Of a DNA stretch of 12,891 nucleotides, positions 5,781 to 12,891 are shown one piece after another. Position 1 is the stretch's first letter; each line of letters starts with the position of its first letter. Below the pieces are notes generated by a model. The model searched no databases, had not been told where the DNA came from, and worked only from the letters and a program-made list of their open reading frames with translations. The stretch lies in UHGV virus genome UHGV-1804406; one strand, given 5' to 3'. Position numbers and translations under genes: made by a program. The DNA comes from a virus.

Positions 5781-8297
5781 TTACCTGCGATTGTTCGCAT
5801 TCCAGATAAGCCCACCGGGCTGGATTGCCCTGGCGATACCATCGTTGACAGATTTGTTAATCACCTGCTGATACGCCTTACCCAGCCTGTCTCCGTCATT
5901 TTGCTGCTGTGCGCCACCGGAGGCATTCTCGACGGTCACAGGCGCGTACACGCTCACCCCGAAAGGTGCTGCAGCGGGACCTGTGCCACTGCCCCCGACA
6001 AGCCCTCCTGTGGCGTACCCTTTCATCATCCGGTAAAGGTTGCCGACGCCGATCCGACTGGTAGCCTCTTTGGTGAAAACAAATTCGCCACGGTGAACGA
6101 CACCTGCGGGTTCATATTTCCCACCCGAACCGGTGAATCCCCCGCTGGCAAACCCCAGCGCCGTGGAGGCTGAATCTACCAGTCCGGTCATTGCCTGCTT
6201 CAGCAGAATTTGTGTCAGCATGGAGAGCGTGGAGCGGGTAAAGTCAGCCCAGTCAGCCTTTCCGCGTGTCAGCATGTCTGCCATATTCTGCCCGATGCCA
6301 TCAAACGTACTGGTGGCAACCGACTTCATCTGGCCATAAGCATCTGAAGCGGAATCAACATAATCTGCCCATGCGGATTTGGCCCCGGATTGCCAGTCGT
6401 CCCGCAGCTTATCCTGCTCGGCGTAATACGCCTGCAGCGCCTGCAGCTCATTCTGATAACCAGCGTCGTTCTCCGAACCGCCACCATTTTTCCAGCCCTG
6501 AAGAAGCTGGTCCTCCTCATTGCGGCGTTGTGCTGCACGACTGCTCATACCAGCACTTTCCGCAAGGGCTCGGGTTTTCTCGCCGATCTGCGTGACGTAT
6601 TTTTGGGACGTATCCTGCAGGCGGTTAAGCCGCTCCTGCGCCACTATCTGATCGCCAAGCTTCGCATTCAGCTCCGCACGGGAAAGCACCTCACTTTTAC
6701 TGGCCAGCAGGGATTTTTCCTCAGCAGAAAGCGTTCGGGTCTTCGCGGCCTCTTCCAGAACCGTAAAGCGGGACTGCTGACGCCACAGCTCCTGACGCTG
6801 CTGGCTGATGGTGTCATTGATGCTCTTATGCTCCTGCAGGGTGCGCAGCTGTGTCTGTAGCTCCAGCGTCTGGGCACTGGCCGTATCGGTGGCACGGGCA
6901 CCTGCGGGGGTTCTGATTGCCGGGGTCTTCTTCGGCTTTTTAAGGGTGTCTTCGTACTCTTTTTTCGCGGCAGCCAGGTTGATGTTGTAGTCAGCCTGGA
7001 GGATCCGCCCCTCTTTCAGCGCCTTGTTGAGCTCGCTCTGCCTGGCCGTGTATTTCTCCAGTGCCGTCTGCGTTTTGGCATAGTTTGCCTGTGCCTGCGC
7101 AGCATACTTCTGGCGATCCGATTCCGCAGCCGCTTCGCGCGATGCATTCTCTTCGTTCGCCCTGGCAATTCCCGCCTGCTGCTGCGCCATATCCAGCGCA
7201 AGCCTGGCCGTTTCGCGGTCATTCCAGAATCGGGCGCGAGCCTCATCATTGACATATCGGTCACCTTTACGCAGGTTCCAGATTTCATCAGCTTTTTTGA
7301 ACGCGGCTTCGGCTTTTGCCACCATCTCCTGCGCGGTGTCAGGTCGGCCAATATCGAGGGCTGCATCCCACATCGACTTGAAGGCGCGCTTCAGGGAGTC
7401 CGCTGAAGACTCTATCGTCCCCATATTGTCGCGGATGGCTTTGGTCTGATCGTTGAATCCGGCTGTAGCCGCCTCGTTAGCCGCCTGCAGTGCGCCAGCC
7501 TCATCACCGGCACGCTGCAGCTGCGCCACATGGGCAATCTGTTCTGCGGTAACGTTATGGAACTGCTGGGCCATCGCGATCAGGCCCGATGTCGGGTCAG
7601 TTGCGAGCTTGCCGTAGGCTGCAGCGACTTTCTCCACCGGCACGCCGGAGGCATCAGTAAACCGCGCCACCGCCTGGCTCATTTCATCAAAGCGCGAGCC
7701 AGTACGCACACCTGCATTGATAAGCTCGGTCAGGGCTTCACTGGTCTGGTTGAACGTTAGCCCCGCTGCCTGTCCGTTCCGCGCCAGTGCCAGCATGCGG
7801 TCAGCTGTCAGTCCGGCTGTGTTCCCCGACAGTACCAGCGTTTTGTTGAAATCAGACAGAGTGGAAGAGCCCTGGTACCAGGCATAGAACAACGCGCCCG
7901 TTGCAACGGACAATGCACCAATGCCGACCATCAACGGGGAAATCGTCCCCAGTAACGCCCGGAATGTCGGAATGATCCCGCCAAAGGAGTCCTTAACCTG
8001 ACCGCCCTGCTGAAGCAGAATCAGCCAGGGGTTCTGCCCACCCGCCAGCTGCGTAGCCACGTCAGTAAACTGCGCCGGGAGCATACGCATCGCTGCGTTA
8101 TACTGACCCACTGAAATACCGGCCTTACGCGCGGCGTTCTCCTGGCGGCTAAAGGACTGCTGGATCCGTAGCGCTTCGTCGTTCGCCGCGCTGCCAGTCT
8201 GCTTTAATTCTTTTTTGACGTAGTTAAGCTGCTCGTTAAATTTCGTCGAGTTAACGTCAAGGTTAACGACCAGATCACCCACTGCCGTCTGGGCCAT
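5781..8297 (-). CDS. H: Tail tape measure protein H
   Basis: 838-aa ORF with SD AGGAGG. Long colinear blocks match recalled lambda gpH (GISVGQYNAAMRMLPAQFTDVATQLAGGQNPWLILLQQGGQVKDSFGG; C-terminal GGKYEPAGVVHRGEFVFTKEATSRIGVGNLYRMMKGYATGG). Central region is Ala/Gln/Glu-rich and helical. Start overlaps the T-frame 3' end by 23 nt. Confidence 0.95.
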   Translation of the reverse strand: MAQTAVGDLVVNLDVNSTKFNEQLNYVKKELKQTGSAANDEALRIQQSFSRQENAARKAGISVGQYNAAMRMLPAQFTDVATQLAGGQNPWLILLQQGGQVKDSFGGIIPTFRALLGTISPLMVGIGALSVATGALFYAWYQGSSTLSDFNKTLVLSGNTAGLTADRMLALARNGQAAGLTFNQTSEALTELINAGVRTGSRFDEMSQAVARFTDASGVPVEKVAAAYGKLATDPTSGLIAMAQQFHNVTAEQIAHVAQLQRAGDEAGALQAANEAATAGFNDQTKAIRDNMGTIESSADSLKRAFKSMWDAALDIGRPDTAQEMVAKAEAAFKKADEIWNLRKGDRYVNDEARARFWNDRETARLALDMAQQQAGIARANEENASREAAAESDRQKYAAQAQANYAKTQTALEKYTARQSELNKALKEGRILQADYNINLAAAKKEYEDTLKKPKKTPAIRTPAGARATDTASAQTLELQTQLRTLQEHKSINDTISQQRQELWRQQSRFTVLEEAAKTRTLSAEEKSLLASKSEVLSRAELNAKLGDQIVAQERLNRLQDTSQKYVTQIGEKTRALAESAGMSSRAAQRRNEEDQLLQGWKNGGGSENDAGYQNELQALQAYYAEQDKLRDDWQSGAKSAWADYVDSASDAYGQMKSVATSTFDGIGQNMADMLTRGKADWADFTRSTLSMLTQILLKQAMTGLVDSASTALGFASGGFTGSGGKYEPAGVVHRGEFVFTKEATSRIGVGNLYRMMKGYATGGLVGGSGTGPAAAPFGVSVYAPVTVENASGGAQQQNDGDRLGKAYQQVINKSVNDGIARAIQPGGLIWNANNRR

Positions 8298-9026
8298 AGC
8301 GCACGCCTCCTGAAATACCTGCAGCCTTCGCCATCAGCGTATCGTCATCCGGCTCATCAACGTCGATGCTTTCCGATACAGGGGAAAGGATGCTGAAACT
8401 GTCCGGTGTTAATTCCGGATCAGCAAAAAACAGGGTTGAGATGGTGTAGAGCAAACCGGAGAAATGAGCATCCAGCTGCGCATCATGAAAGTAATTGTCC
8501 TGGTAGAAGATTTTCCAGTCGCCGTATTCCGTTGAGGACATGCCAGCAAGCATGGCACGCCAGTCCGGGCGACCGAACTCACGCGCCAGTTTCATGGCAA
8601 ACTTCAGCTCACTGGCGAGGGCTTTTCCGCAGTAACAGGTTCAGCGGGTTCATTACGTTCTTCACCGGGCTCAGCCTGGTCATCAGTGACCGGCGCAATC
8701 ATCCCGGACAGGAGTTTCACCTTATATTCGGCTTCGGCAACAAGTTCGGTCGGCCATGTCTGCATGACCTCATCCTGAATCTGCTCCACTTCCGCCGCCG
8801 CGTTTTCTCCCTGCGATCCTTTAAGCGCGTGGCCATGCCAGAGTGACATTGCCACCAGATATGCTCCACTCTTCACGGTAAGGGTAATGGCAGCCTGAAA
8901 ATCACCAGCTTCAACCGCCTCAAGTTGTTTCAGGTATTCGAGGTATTCAATACGCTGCAGCGCCGACAGCTGGAACAATGTGACGCTGCTGCCGTTACTT
9001 TCAAGCAGCTCGCTCTTTAGAAACAT
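8275..9026 (-). CDS. T: Tail assembly chaperone G-T, inferred -1 programmed-frameshift fusion (G frame shifting into the T frame near 8622..8628)
   Basis: The downstream ORF (stop 8277..8275) is in the -1 frame relative to G and is open only from 8640 on the mRNA, so the shift must occur between 8640 and 8604. The T-frame translation ...KLAREFGRPDWRAMLAGMSSTEY... matches the recalled lambda gpT region. The heptamer present is G GAA AAG. Confidence 0.7.
8604..9026 (-). CDS. G: Tail assembly chaperone G
   Basis: 140-aa ORF, MFLKSELLESNGSSVTLFQLSALQRIEYL... with VAMSLWHGH and C-terminal PAEPVTAEKPSPVS resembling lambda gpG. SD GGAG 4 nt upstream of the ATG. Confidence 0.9.
   Translation of the reverse strand: MFLKSELLESNGSSVTLFQLSALQRIEYLEYLKQLEAVEAGDFQAAITLTVKSGAYLVAMSLWHGHALKGSQGENAAAEVEQIQDEVMQTWPTELVAEAEYKVKLLSGMIAPVTDDQAEPGEERNEPAEPVTAEKPSPVS
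8622..8628 (-). promoter_or_regulatory. Candidate -1 ribosomal frameshift slippery heptamer G-GAA-AAG (mRNA sense), six codons before the G stop
   Basis: Plus strand cttttcc is GGAAAAG on the mRNA. It occupies the same position relative to the end of G as lambda's G GGA AAG (recalled) and is the only slippery-like site in the permitted window. Confidence 0.5.
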
Positions 9027-9042
9027 AATTACTCCGGGGGAA

Positions 9043-9058
9043 CGGGGCTTTCGCCCCG
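9043..9058 (-). promoter_or_regulatory. GC-only stem-loop (CGGGGC-GAAA-GCCCCG on the mRNA) between the V stop and the G Shine-Dalgarno
   Basis: Six G:C pairs with a GAAA tetraloop, 4 nt after the V stop codon; not followed by a U tract. Confidence 0.5.
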
Positions 9059-9062
9059 GTTA

Positions 9063-9800
9063 TCAGGAAACAGTGACTTTGCAGATCGCCACAAAGTTAC
9101 CGTCATTGCTCATTACGATGATCTCGACGGTGCCTGCCGCCACGCCGGTAACAGTCAGGGTATTGCCGCTGACGGTGACCGTTGCTTTTGACGGATCAGA
9201 ACTGGCTACGCGGAAAGACTTATCTGAAGCACTTGCTGGCAGGACAGAAACAACCAGTTGCGTCGTGGCCGCGACAGCCACAGCCGCCGTGGATTTATCC
9301 AGGCTGATCCCCGTAACGGCAATCGGCGCGGTACCACTGTCTTCGGCCAGCGATGGTTTGCCATTGTTGGTGATTTTTGCCGTGCGGGTCATGACCTCTT
9401 TAGACGAGATGGTCTTGCCGAGACTGCTCACCCAGCCCTTAAAGACATCGACAACACCATTCGGATATTTGATTTTATACCCCTTCACGGTGCCTTCATC
9501 GAACCAGTTCACCAGGTCCTGCTGACCGGAATCCTCCGGCATCCATGCGAGCGTCAGGTTGGTTTCACCGGCTGATTTCTGCCCCTGCATGGTTGATGTC
9601 CAGTCAGCATTCTCATCATCGATGTAGGTATCATCCTCAGATTCGGCGGTCAGTTCACCGGGCTGCAGGTCTTTAATCTTTGCCAGACGCAGCCAGTCAA
9701 CATCTGAAAGCGGGTTGGCATAAGGGTCACCGGTTCCGGTGTAAACCCATAGGGTGGTACCAGCACCTTTTGTTGGTGCCAGCGGGTTTGGTGTGGCCAT
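9063..9800 (-). CDS. V: Major tail protein V with C-terminal Ig-like (Big_2-type) domain
   Basis: 245-aa ORF with [46 protein letters not shown] and KSAG...TLAWMP blocks match recalled lambda gpV. C-terminal Ser/Thr/Val-rich beta-like segment. Confidence 0.9.
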   Translation of the reverse strand: MATPNPLAPTKGAGTTLWVYTGTGDPYANPLSDVDWLRLAKIKDLQPGELTAESEDDTYIDDENADWTSTMQGQKSAGETNLTLAWMPEDSGQQDLVNWFDEGTVKGYKIKYPNGVVDVFKGWVSSLGKTISSKEVMTRTAKITNNGKPSLAEDSGTAPIAVTGISLDKSTAAVAVAATTQLVVSVLPASASDKSFRVASSDPSKATVTVSGNTLTVTGVAAGTVEIIVMSNDGNFVAICKVTVS

Positions 9801-9807
9801 AGGGTCC

Positions 9808-10206
9808 TCACATGTCGTAAGTAATGGAATATTTCAGGTCGGCAGAACTCCACAGCGCCATATCGTCATCGCGCTGGTAGTCATAACCCTGCTGAACCAT
9901 TGTGGTGATAAGGGATTCAAGACCCGGAACCTCTGCGAGAACCGGATACACCCGCGTTTCCATCCAGTCATCCAGATCAGAATCAGGCACCTGAGCCCCA
10001 AGAAAGACTTCGATATGCAGAATGGCCTGCCAGCTGTCTGCATCCAGTTCTTCCCCGGTGTATTCCGCATCTGTCAGATAGACGGCTACAGCAGGGAAAT
10101 CTTCCTCTTCGAGCACTGCAGGCCTGCCGTCAAAATAAATGGCGTCAGTACCAATCGCGCTTTCAAGCGCGTCAATAATTACCTTGCGGATATCGCTGTG
10201 TTTCAT
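9808..10206 (-). CDS. U: Tail terminator protein U
   Basis: 132-aa ORF; FDGRPAV...[20 protein letters not shown] and LHIEVFL.AQVPDS.LD.WME blocks resemble lambda gpU. Its ATG (10206..10204) overlaps the Z stop (10205..10203) as ATGA. Confidence 0.9.
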   Translation of the reverse strand: MKHSDIRKVIIDALESAIGTDAIYFDGRPAVLEEEDFPAVAVYLTDAEYTGEELDADSWQAILHIEVFLGAQVPDSDLDDWMETRVYPVLAEVPGLESLITTMVQQGYDYQRDDDMALWSSADLKYSITYDM

Positions 10207-10757
10207 CGTGTCAGAATGAGCCTGAGTTGGTTGGTAAGGGATGCCCGGAGCTCTTTGGGCATATCCGACTCCATAAGCTTCGGCAGTTCTTCTTTAAATG
10301 CCGTAGTTAACGGAGCTGCCAGCGGGATGCTGACTACTTCAATGGGATAACGGGGTTTTGACGTTCGCCTCATGACGTGCCAGCGGCCATTTTTAAGCTG
10401 CTGGATGAAACCACCCGGAAAACGGAACGGCCCTATGCGCAGAACGCTGTTGGCCCCTTTCTTATCCCTTTTTCTGCGGGAAAGGCGCACGCTTGCAGTG
10501 CCGAGTTTTATGGCCGGTAAATTTCCCCGGTTCACCCGGATAAGCGCACGGGGCTTATTGACCGTCGCACGCTTCACTCTGGCGCGTTGCTTTACCAGCT
10601 TTCTCGGTACGCGGGTGTCTTTTGATACGACCGCAACGCTACGGCTGACAGCACGGTTTGCCACGCGGTTAACGGCCTGCGCCGACGCACGCGGGACAGC
10701 CGTTTTGCTGATGCTGTTAAGGTTCTCTATGGCCTGCTCAAGGCCTTTTATCGACAT
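10203..10757 (-). CDS. Z: Tail completion protein Z
   Basis: 184-aa basic ORF, M.IKGLEQA.ENL..ISKTAVP...FIQQLKNGRWHVM, lambda gpZ-like. SD AAGGAG 5 nt upstream; the FII stop (10769..10767) sits inside that SD. Confidence 0.9.
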   Translation of the reverse strand: MSIKGLEQAIENLNSISKTAVPRASAQAVNRVANRAVSRSVAVVSKDTRVPRKLVKQRARVKRATVNKPRALIRVNRGNLPAIKLGTASVRLSRRKRDKKGANSVLRIGPFRFPGGFIQQLKNGRWHVMRRTSKPRYPIEVVSIPLAAPLTTAFKEELPKLMESDMPKELRASLTNQLRLILTR

Positions 10758-10766
10758 AGGCGCTCC

Positions 10767-11120
10767 TTAACGGCGACGCGAGGAAGGTGGAGCAGAGCCG
10801 TTACCCAGCCAGATATGACAGGAACCACAGTCATCCGGATCGATACGATCAACCCAGAATGACCGGCCGTTAATCGTCAGGGTGTCCATACGCTGCAGCT
10901 GGCTGACAGTGGAGGTTTCAACAAACAGTGTCGGGCTGGTACCTTCAACACGGATCCCCGCTCCCGCATAACCAATGTTTTCTGGATCATCAAAGACACC
11001 GACCAGCGTGATGCCAGACAATGCGCCTGACATCACCTTTGCCTCTGTGCCCATCACACTGCGGATAGTGCCATCAGCTCGCGACATGGCCTCATCAAAG
11101 AGATTATCGAAATCAGCCAT
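10767..11120 (-). CDS. FII: Head-tail joining protein FII
   Basis: 117-aa ORF, MADFDNLFD...GVFDDPENI.YAG.G.RVEG.SP.LFV...FWVDR..PDD.GSCH.WLG...RRR, matching recalled lambda gpFII including length. SD AGGGGG. Confidence 0.9.
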   Translation of the reverse strand: MADFDNLFDEAMSRADGTIRSVMGTEAKVMSGALSGITLVGVFDDPENIGYAGAGIRVEGTSPTLFVETSTVSQLQRMDTLTINGRSFWVDRIDPDDCGSCHIWLGNGSAPPSSRRR

Positions 11121-11130
11121 GCGGCCCCCT

Positions 11131-11547
11131 TCAGACTTCGCGAGCCAGCCCCTTTGCGATCAGCTCATCGGCATCCTGTTCGGATACGCGGATAATCACT
11201 CCGGGCTCAACGATGGATACCGGTTCGTTACGCGTGGCATGCAGCGCGTCAACATGCAGGGTAGCCAGCGTTTCTACTGATACCCGGTCATCCGTTGTGA
11301 CCGATTCCGTTTTTACTTTTGCCACGTTAGCAACATTGTTGTCGGTGCTGTCGGTGCTGTCGGTGCTGTCGGAAGCATTCTGCACGCCGTTTTCACCGTC
11401 AACTGACCCGGCATTGCCATCCAGTTCCTCTTCAAGCTCAGCAATACGCATCGTCAGTTCCTGAATGGTGCCACTGGTACTGACCTCGCGGTTAAGCTGG
11501 GTCCCAAGTTCATTCAGGCGGTCGACCAGCTTTTCTTTTTCTGTCAT
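11131..11547 (-). CDS. FI: DNA-packaging / head assembly protein FI (two domains joined by a Ser/Thr/Asp-rich linker)
   Basis: Start chosen at ATG 11547 (MTEKEKLVDRLNELGTQLNREV..., resembling the lambda gpFI N-terminus) with SD GGAG upstream. The track's longer start (11583) would place translation through the post-E stem-loop. C-terminal LHVDALHATRNEPV motif conserved. Confidence 0.85.
   Translation of the reverse strand: MTEKEKLVDRLNELGTQLNREVSTSGTIQELTMRIAELEEELDGNAGSVDGENGVQNASDSTDSTDSTDNNVANVAKVKTESVTTDDRVSVETLATLHVDALHATRNEPVSIVEPGVIIRVSEQDADELIAKGLAREV
11341..11372 (-). repeat. Perfect 9-bp tandem repeat (gtcggtgct x3 plus a partial copy) encoding (S-T-D)n in the FI linker
   Basis: Plus strand 11341..11367 is three identical 9-mers followed by gtcgg; it translates on the minus strand as DSTDSTDSTD. 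Confidence 0.9.
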
Positions 11548-11565
11548 GGGAAATACTCCAGAAAG

Positions 11566-11583
11566 GTGGCCCGACAGGGCCAC
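11566..11583 (-). promoter_or_regulatory. Stem-loop (GUGGCCC-UGUC-GGGCCAC on the mRNA) between the E stop and the FI Shine-Dalgarno
   Basis: Seven-bp stem 11566-11572/11577-11583 with a 4-nt loop, 10 nt after the E stop codon; no U tract. Confidence 0.5.
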
Positions 11584-11592
11584 TGGGGGAAG

Positions 11593-12618
11593 TTATGCCA
11601 GTTTGACGGAGACGAATGCGTCAGGGTCTGGCAGCAGCATCAGCGGAGCTGACTGAATCATGGTGAATTCGCGCGCCGGATCCCCCGACTGCACCCAGTT
11701 TTTCGGGTAGCGTGTCGAGGCATTGATACCTTCGCGCTGGGCATCAGCATCAAGAATGCAGCCATAGGTACGCAGGCCACGAGCCTGGGTATTCCCCAGC
11801 ACCATTGTCAGGTCCGGCAGATAATTCTTTTTGACGTCGTTTTCGACGTACTGGCCGGAGTACACCACGATGGCCACATCGCCAAACATCCCCTTGTATG
11901 AAACAGCCATACCCAGGTCTTTCACGGCAGTTTCCAGCTCAGAGTTAGAACCACGACGCGTATCCAGCTTCTTCTCAACAGCCTTGAAGGAACGGAACAG
12001 CGCCCAGCCTTTCGGATCGAACACAATGATGTTGACCACACCGCTGGCGTTGAGCGCGTAGGCTTCAATGTCATCGGTCGGGTCATACGTTTCTTTGTCG
12101 CGGGTTGACCATGCAGCCGCACCGGCCTGGACAATGTTGTTACCAGCGCTGCGGCCCATATCGACTTCAACAGGCTCGAACGCTTCCCCGGTCATGGTGT
12201 ATTTACCGCTGAGCACCGCCGAAACAGCCTGTTTCTCTTCGACCTGAGCAATCGCCAGCTCTTCATCCTTCATGTTCTGAAGGATAATGCGGCGACGGCG
12301 ATAGACCGGGTCAGCGAGATTCTGCGGATCCTCATCCGGCAGGCGGCGGAGAGTCATCAGTGGGTTAACTTCGTGTTTCGGCTTCACATAACCCGGCGTG
12401 AATTCAGACGTGCTGCCGCCACGGGAGCGGATCACTTTGCCGGAGACAATCGGCGAGACGTAAAGCGCCATATTGACCAGGCCAGGAATTTGCGACAGGT
12501 AAACCTTCTCTGTACTGAAGGGATAGGTTTCGCGGAAAAAGATACGCAGGAAAAGCGGATCGAATTTGAATTTCTTCTCATTGACCGCCAGCAGTTGGGC
12601 AGTGGTGTAAACGGACAT
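11593..12618 (-). CDS. E: Major capsid protein E
   Basis: 341-aa ORF, the same length as lambda gpE, with long near-identical blocks from memory (YTTAQLLA.NE.KFKFDPLFLR.FFRE.YPF.TEKVYLSQIPGLVNMALYVSPIVSG.VIRSRGGSTSEFTPGYVKPKHEVNP; NTQARGLRTYGCI.DADAQREGINAS.RYPKNWV..GDPAREFTMIQSAPLMLL). Confidence 0.95.
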   Translation of the reverse strand: MSVYTTAQLLAVNEKKFKFDPLFLRIFFRETYPFSTEKVYLSQIPGLVNMALYVSPIVSGKVIRSRGGSTSEFTPGYVKPKHEVNPLMTLRRLPDEDPQNLADPVYRRRRIILQNMKDEELAIAQVEEKQAVSAVLSGKYTMTGEAFEPVEVDMGRSAGNNIVQAGAAAWSTRDKETYDPTDDIEAYALNASGVVNIIVFDPKGWALFRSFKAVEKKLDTRRGSNSELETAVKDLGMAVSYKGMFGDVAIVVYSGQYVENDVKKNYLPDLTMVLGNTQARGLRTYGCILDADAQREGINASTRYPKNWVQSGDPAREFTMIQSAPLMLLPDPDAFVSVKLA

Positions 12619-12631
12619 AGATTTTTCCCGT

Positions 12632-12655
12632 AAAAAAAGCCGCGCAAGCGGCTTT
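12632..12655 (-). terminator. Terminator-like hairpin in the D-E intergenic region (A7-GCCGC-GCAA-GCGGC-T4 on the plus strand; hairpin followed by U7 on the minus-strand RNA)
   Basis: GC stem 12639-12643/12648-12652 extended by A:U pairs and flanked by an A run upstream and T run downstream, so it is terminator-like in both orientations. Lies between the D stop (12686) and the E start (12618). Confidence 0.45.
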
Positions 12656-12685
12656 TATGAATGATGATGGTTGTAGAAATGCGGA

Positions 12686-12891
12686 TTAAACGATGCTGAT
12701 TGCAGTACCGGCGAACGCGTTACGTTTAATGTTGCCGTCGGTGACGGCAGATGGCCAGAGGACATCTTCAATACGGAAAGAGCCAGATTTGTAATATGCC
12801 AGTTCCGCGCTGTTCTGGTCTGCGGTTACAGCCAGGATGCCCATTGCCGCGCCAGCATGAGCACCATCCCAGACGGTCAGCTTGCCAGAAG
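12686..12891 (-). CDS. D: Head decoration protein D, C-terminal ~67 codons; N-terminus lies beyond the window end
   Basis: Minus-strand frame open from the window end to TAA at 12688..12686. Translation ...[65 protein letters not shown] resembles the recalled lambda gpD C-terminus, and it sits immediately upstream of E. Confidence 0.85.
   Translation of the reverse strand, partial: SGKLTVWDGAHAGAAMGILAVTADQNSAELAYYKSGSFRIEDVLWPSAVTDGNIKRNAFAGTAISIV

Noticed and set aside
5901-7760. Numerous plus- and minus-strand ORFs of 60-156 aa inside H (for example 6390..6860 and 7016..7366)
   Set aside because: They are embedded in the 838-aa tape measure gene in other frames or antisense; the Arg/Pro-rich translations are consistent with frame artefacts of a GC-rich Ala/Gln-rich gene.
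8406-10770. Plus-strand ORFs 8406..8846, 8980..9525, 9258..9575, 9754..10350 and 10372..10770
   Set aside because: All are antisense to the well-supported G, V, U and Z genes and have no start signals.
11341-11372. The 9-bp tandem repeat considered as a CRISPR or mobile-element signature
   Set aside because: The units are far too short and have no spacers; the repeat is in frame within FI and encodes an STD linker.
1-12891. Integrase, attachment site, transposase, tRNA or rRNA
   Set aside because: None is apparent. The window is filled by structural genes, and no plausible ORF or RNA-like structure outside them suggests any of these elements.

Overview
The window is the late head-tail morphogenesis module of a lambda-like (lambdoid) enterobacterial phage or prophage, with every real gene but one on the minus strand. 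Reading right to left the order is D (partial) - E - FI - FII - Z - U - V - G/G-T - H - M - L - K - I - [insert] - J (partial), the same synteny as phage lambda. Gene names come from my own translation of the ORFs and recalled similarity to lambda proteins; no database search was run, and the proteins are clearly diverged from lambda itself. Genes are tightly packed, with strong Shine-Dalgarno sites and start/stop overlaps typical of this operon. The exception is a roughly 750-bp segment between I and J (2616..3364), which lambda lacks as far as I recall. It carries two convergent small ORFs whose 3' ends overlap, one of them the only plus-strand gene in the window, and is bounded on the J side by an intrinsic-terminator-like hairpin. 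This is the best candidate for an undescribed accessory (moron-type) system. Secondary observations are GC-rich stem-loops placed right after the D, E and V genes, a G-T frameshift heptamer that differs from lambda's, and a perfect 9-bp tandem repeat inside FI. Most plus-strand ORFs in the supplied track are antisense shadows of minus-strand genes.
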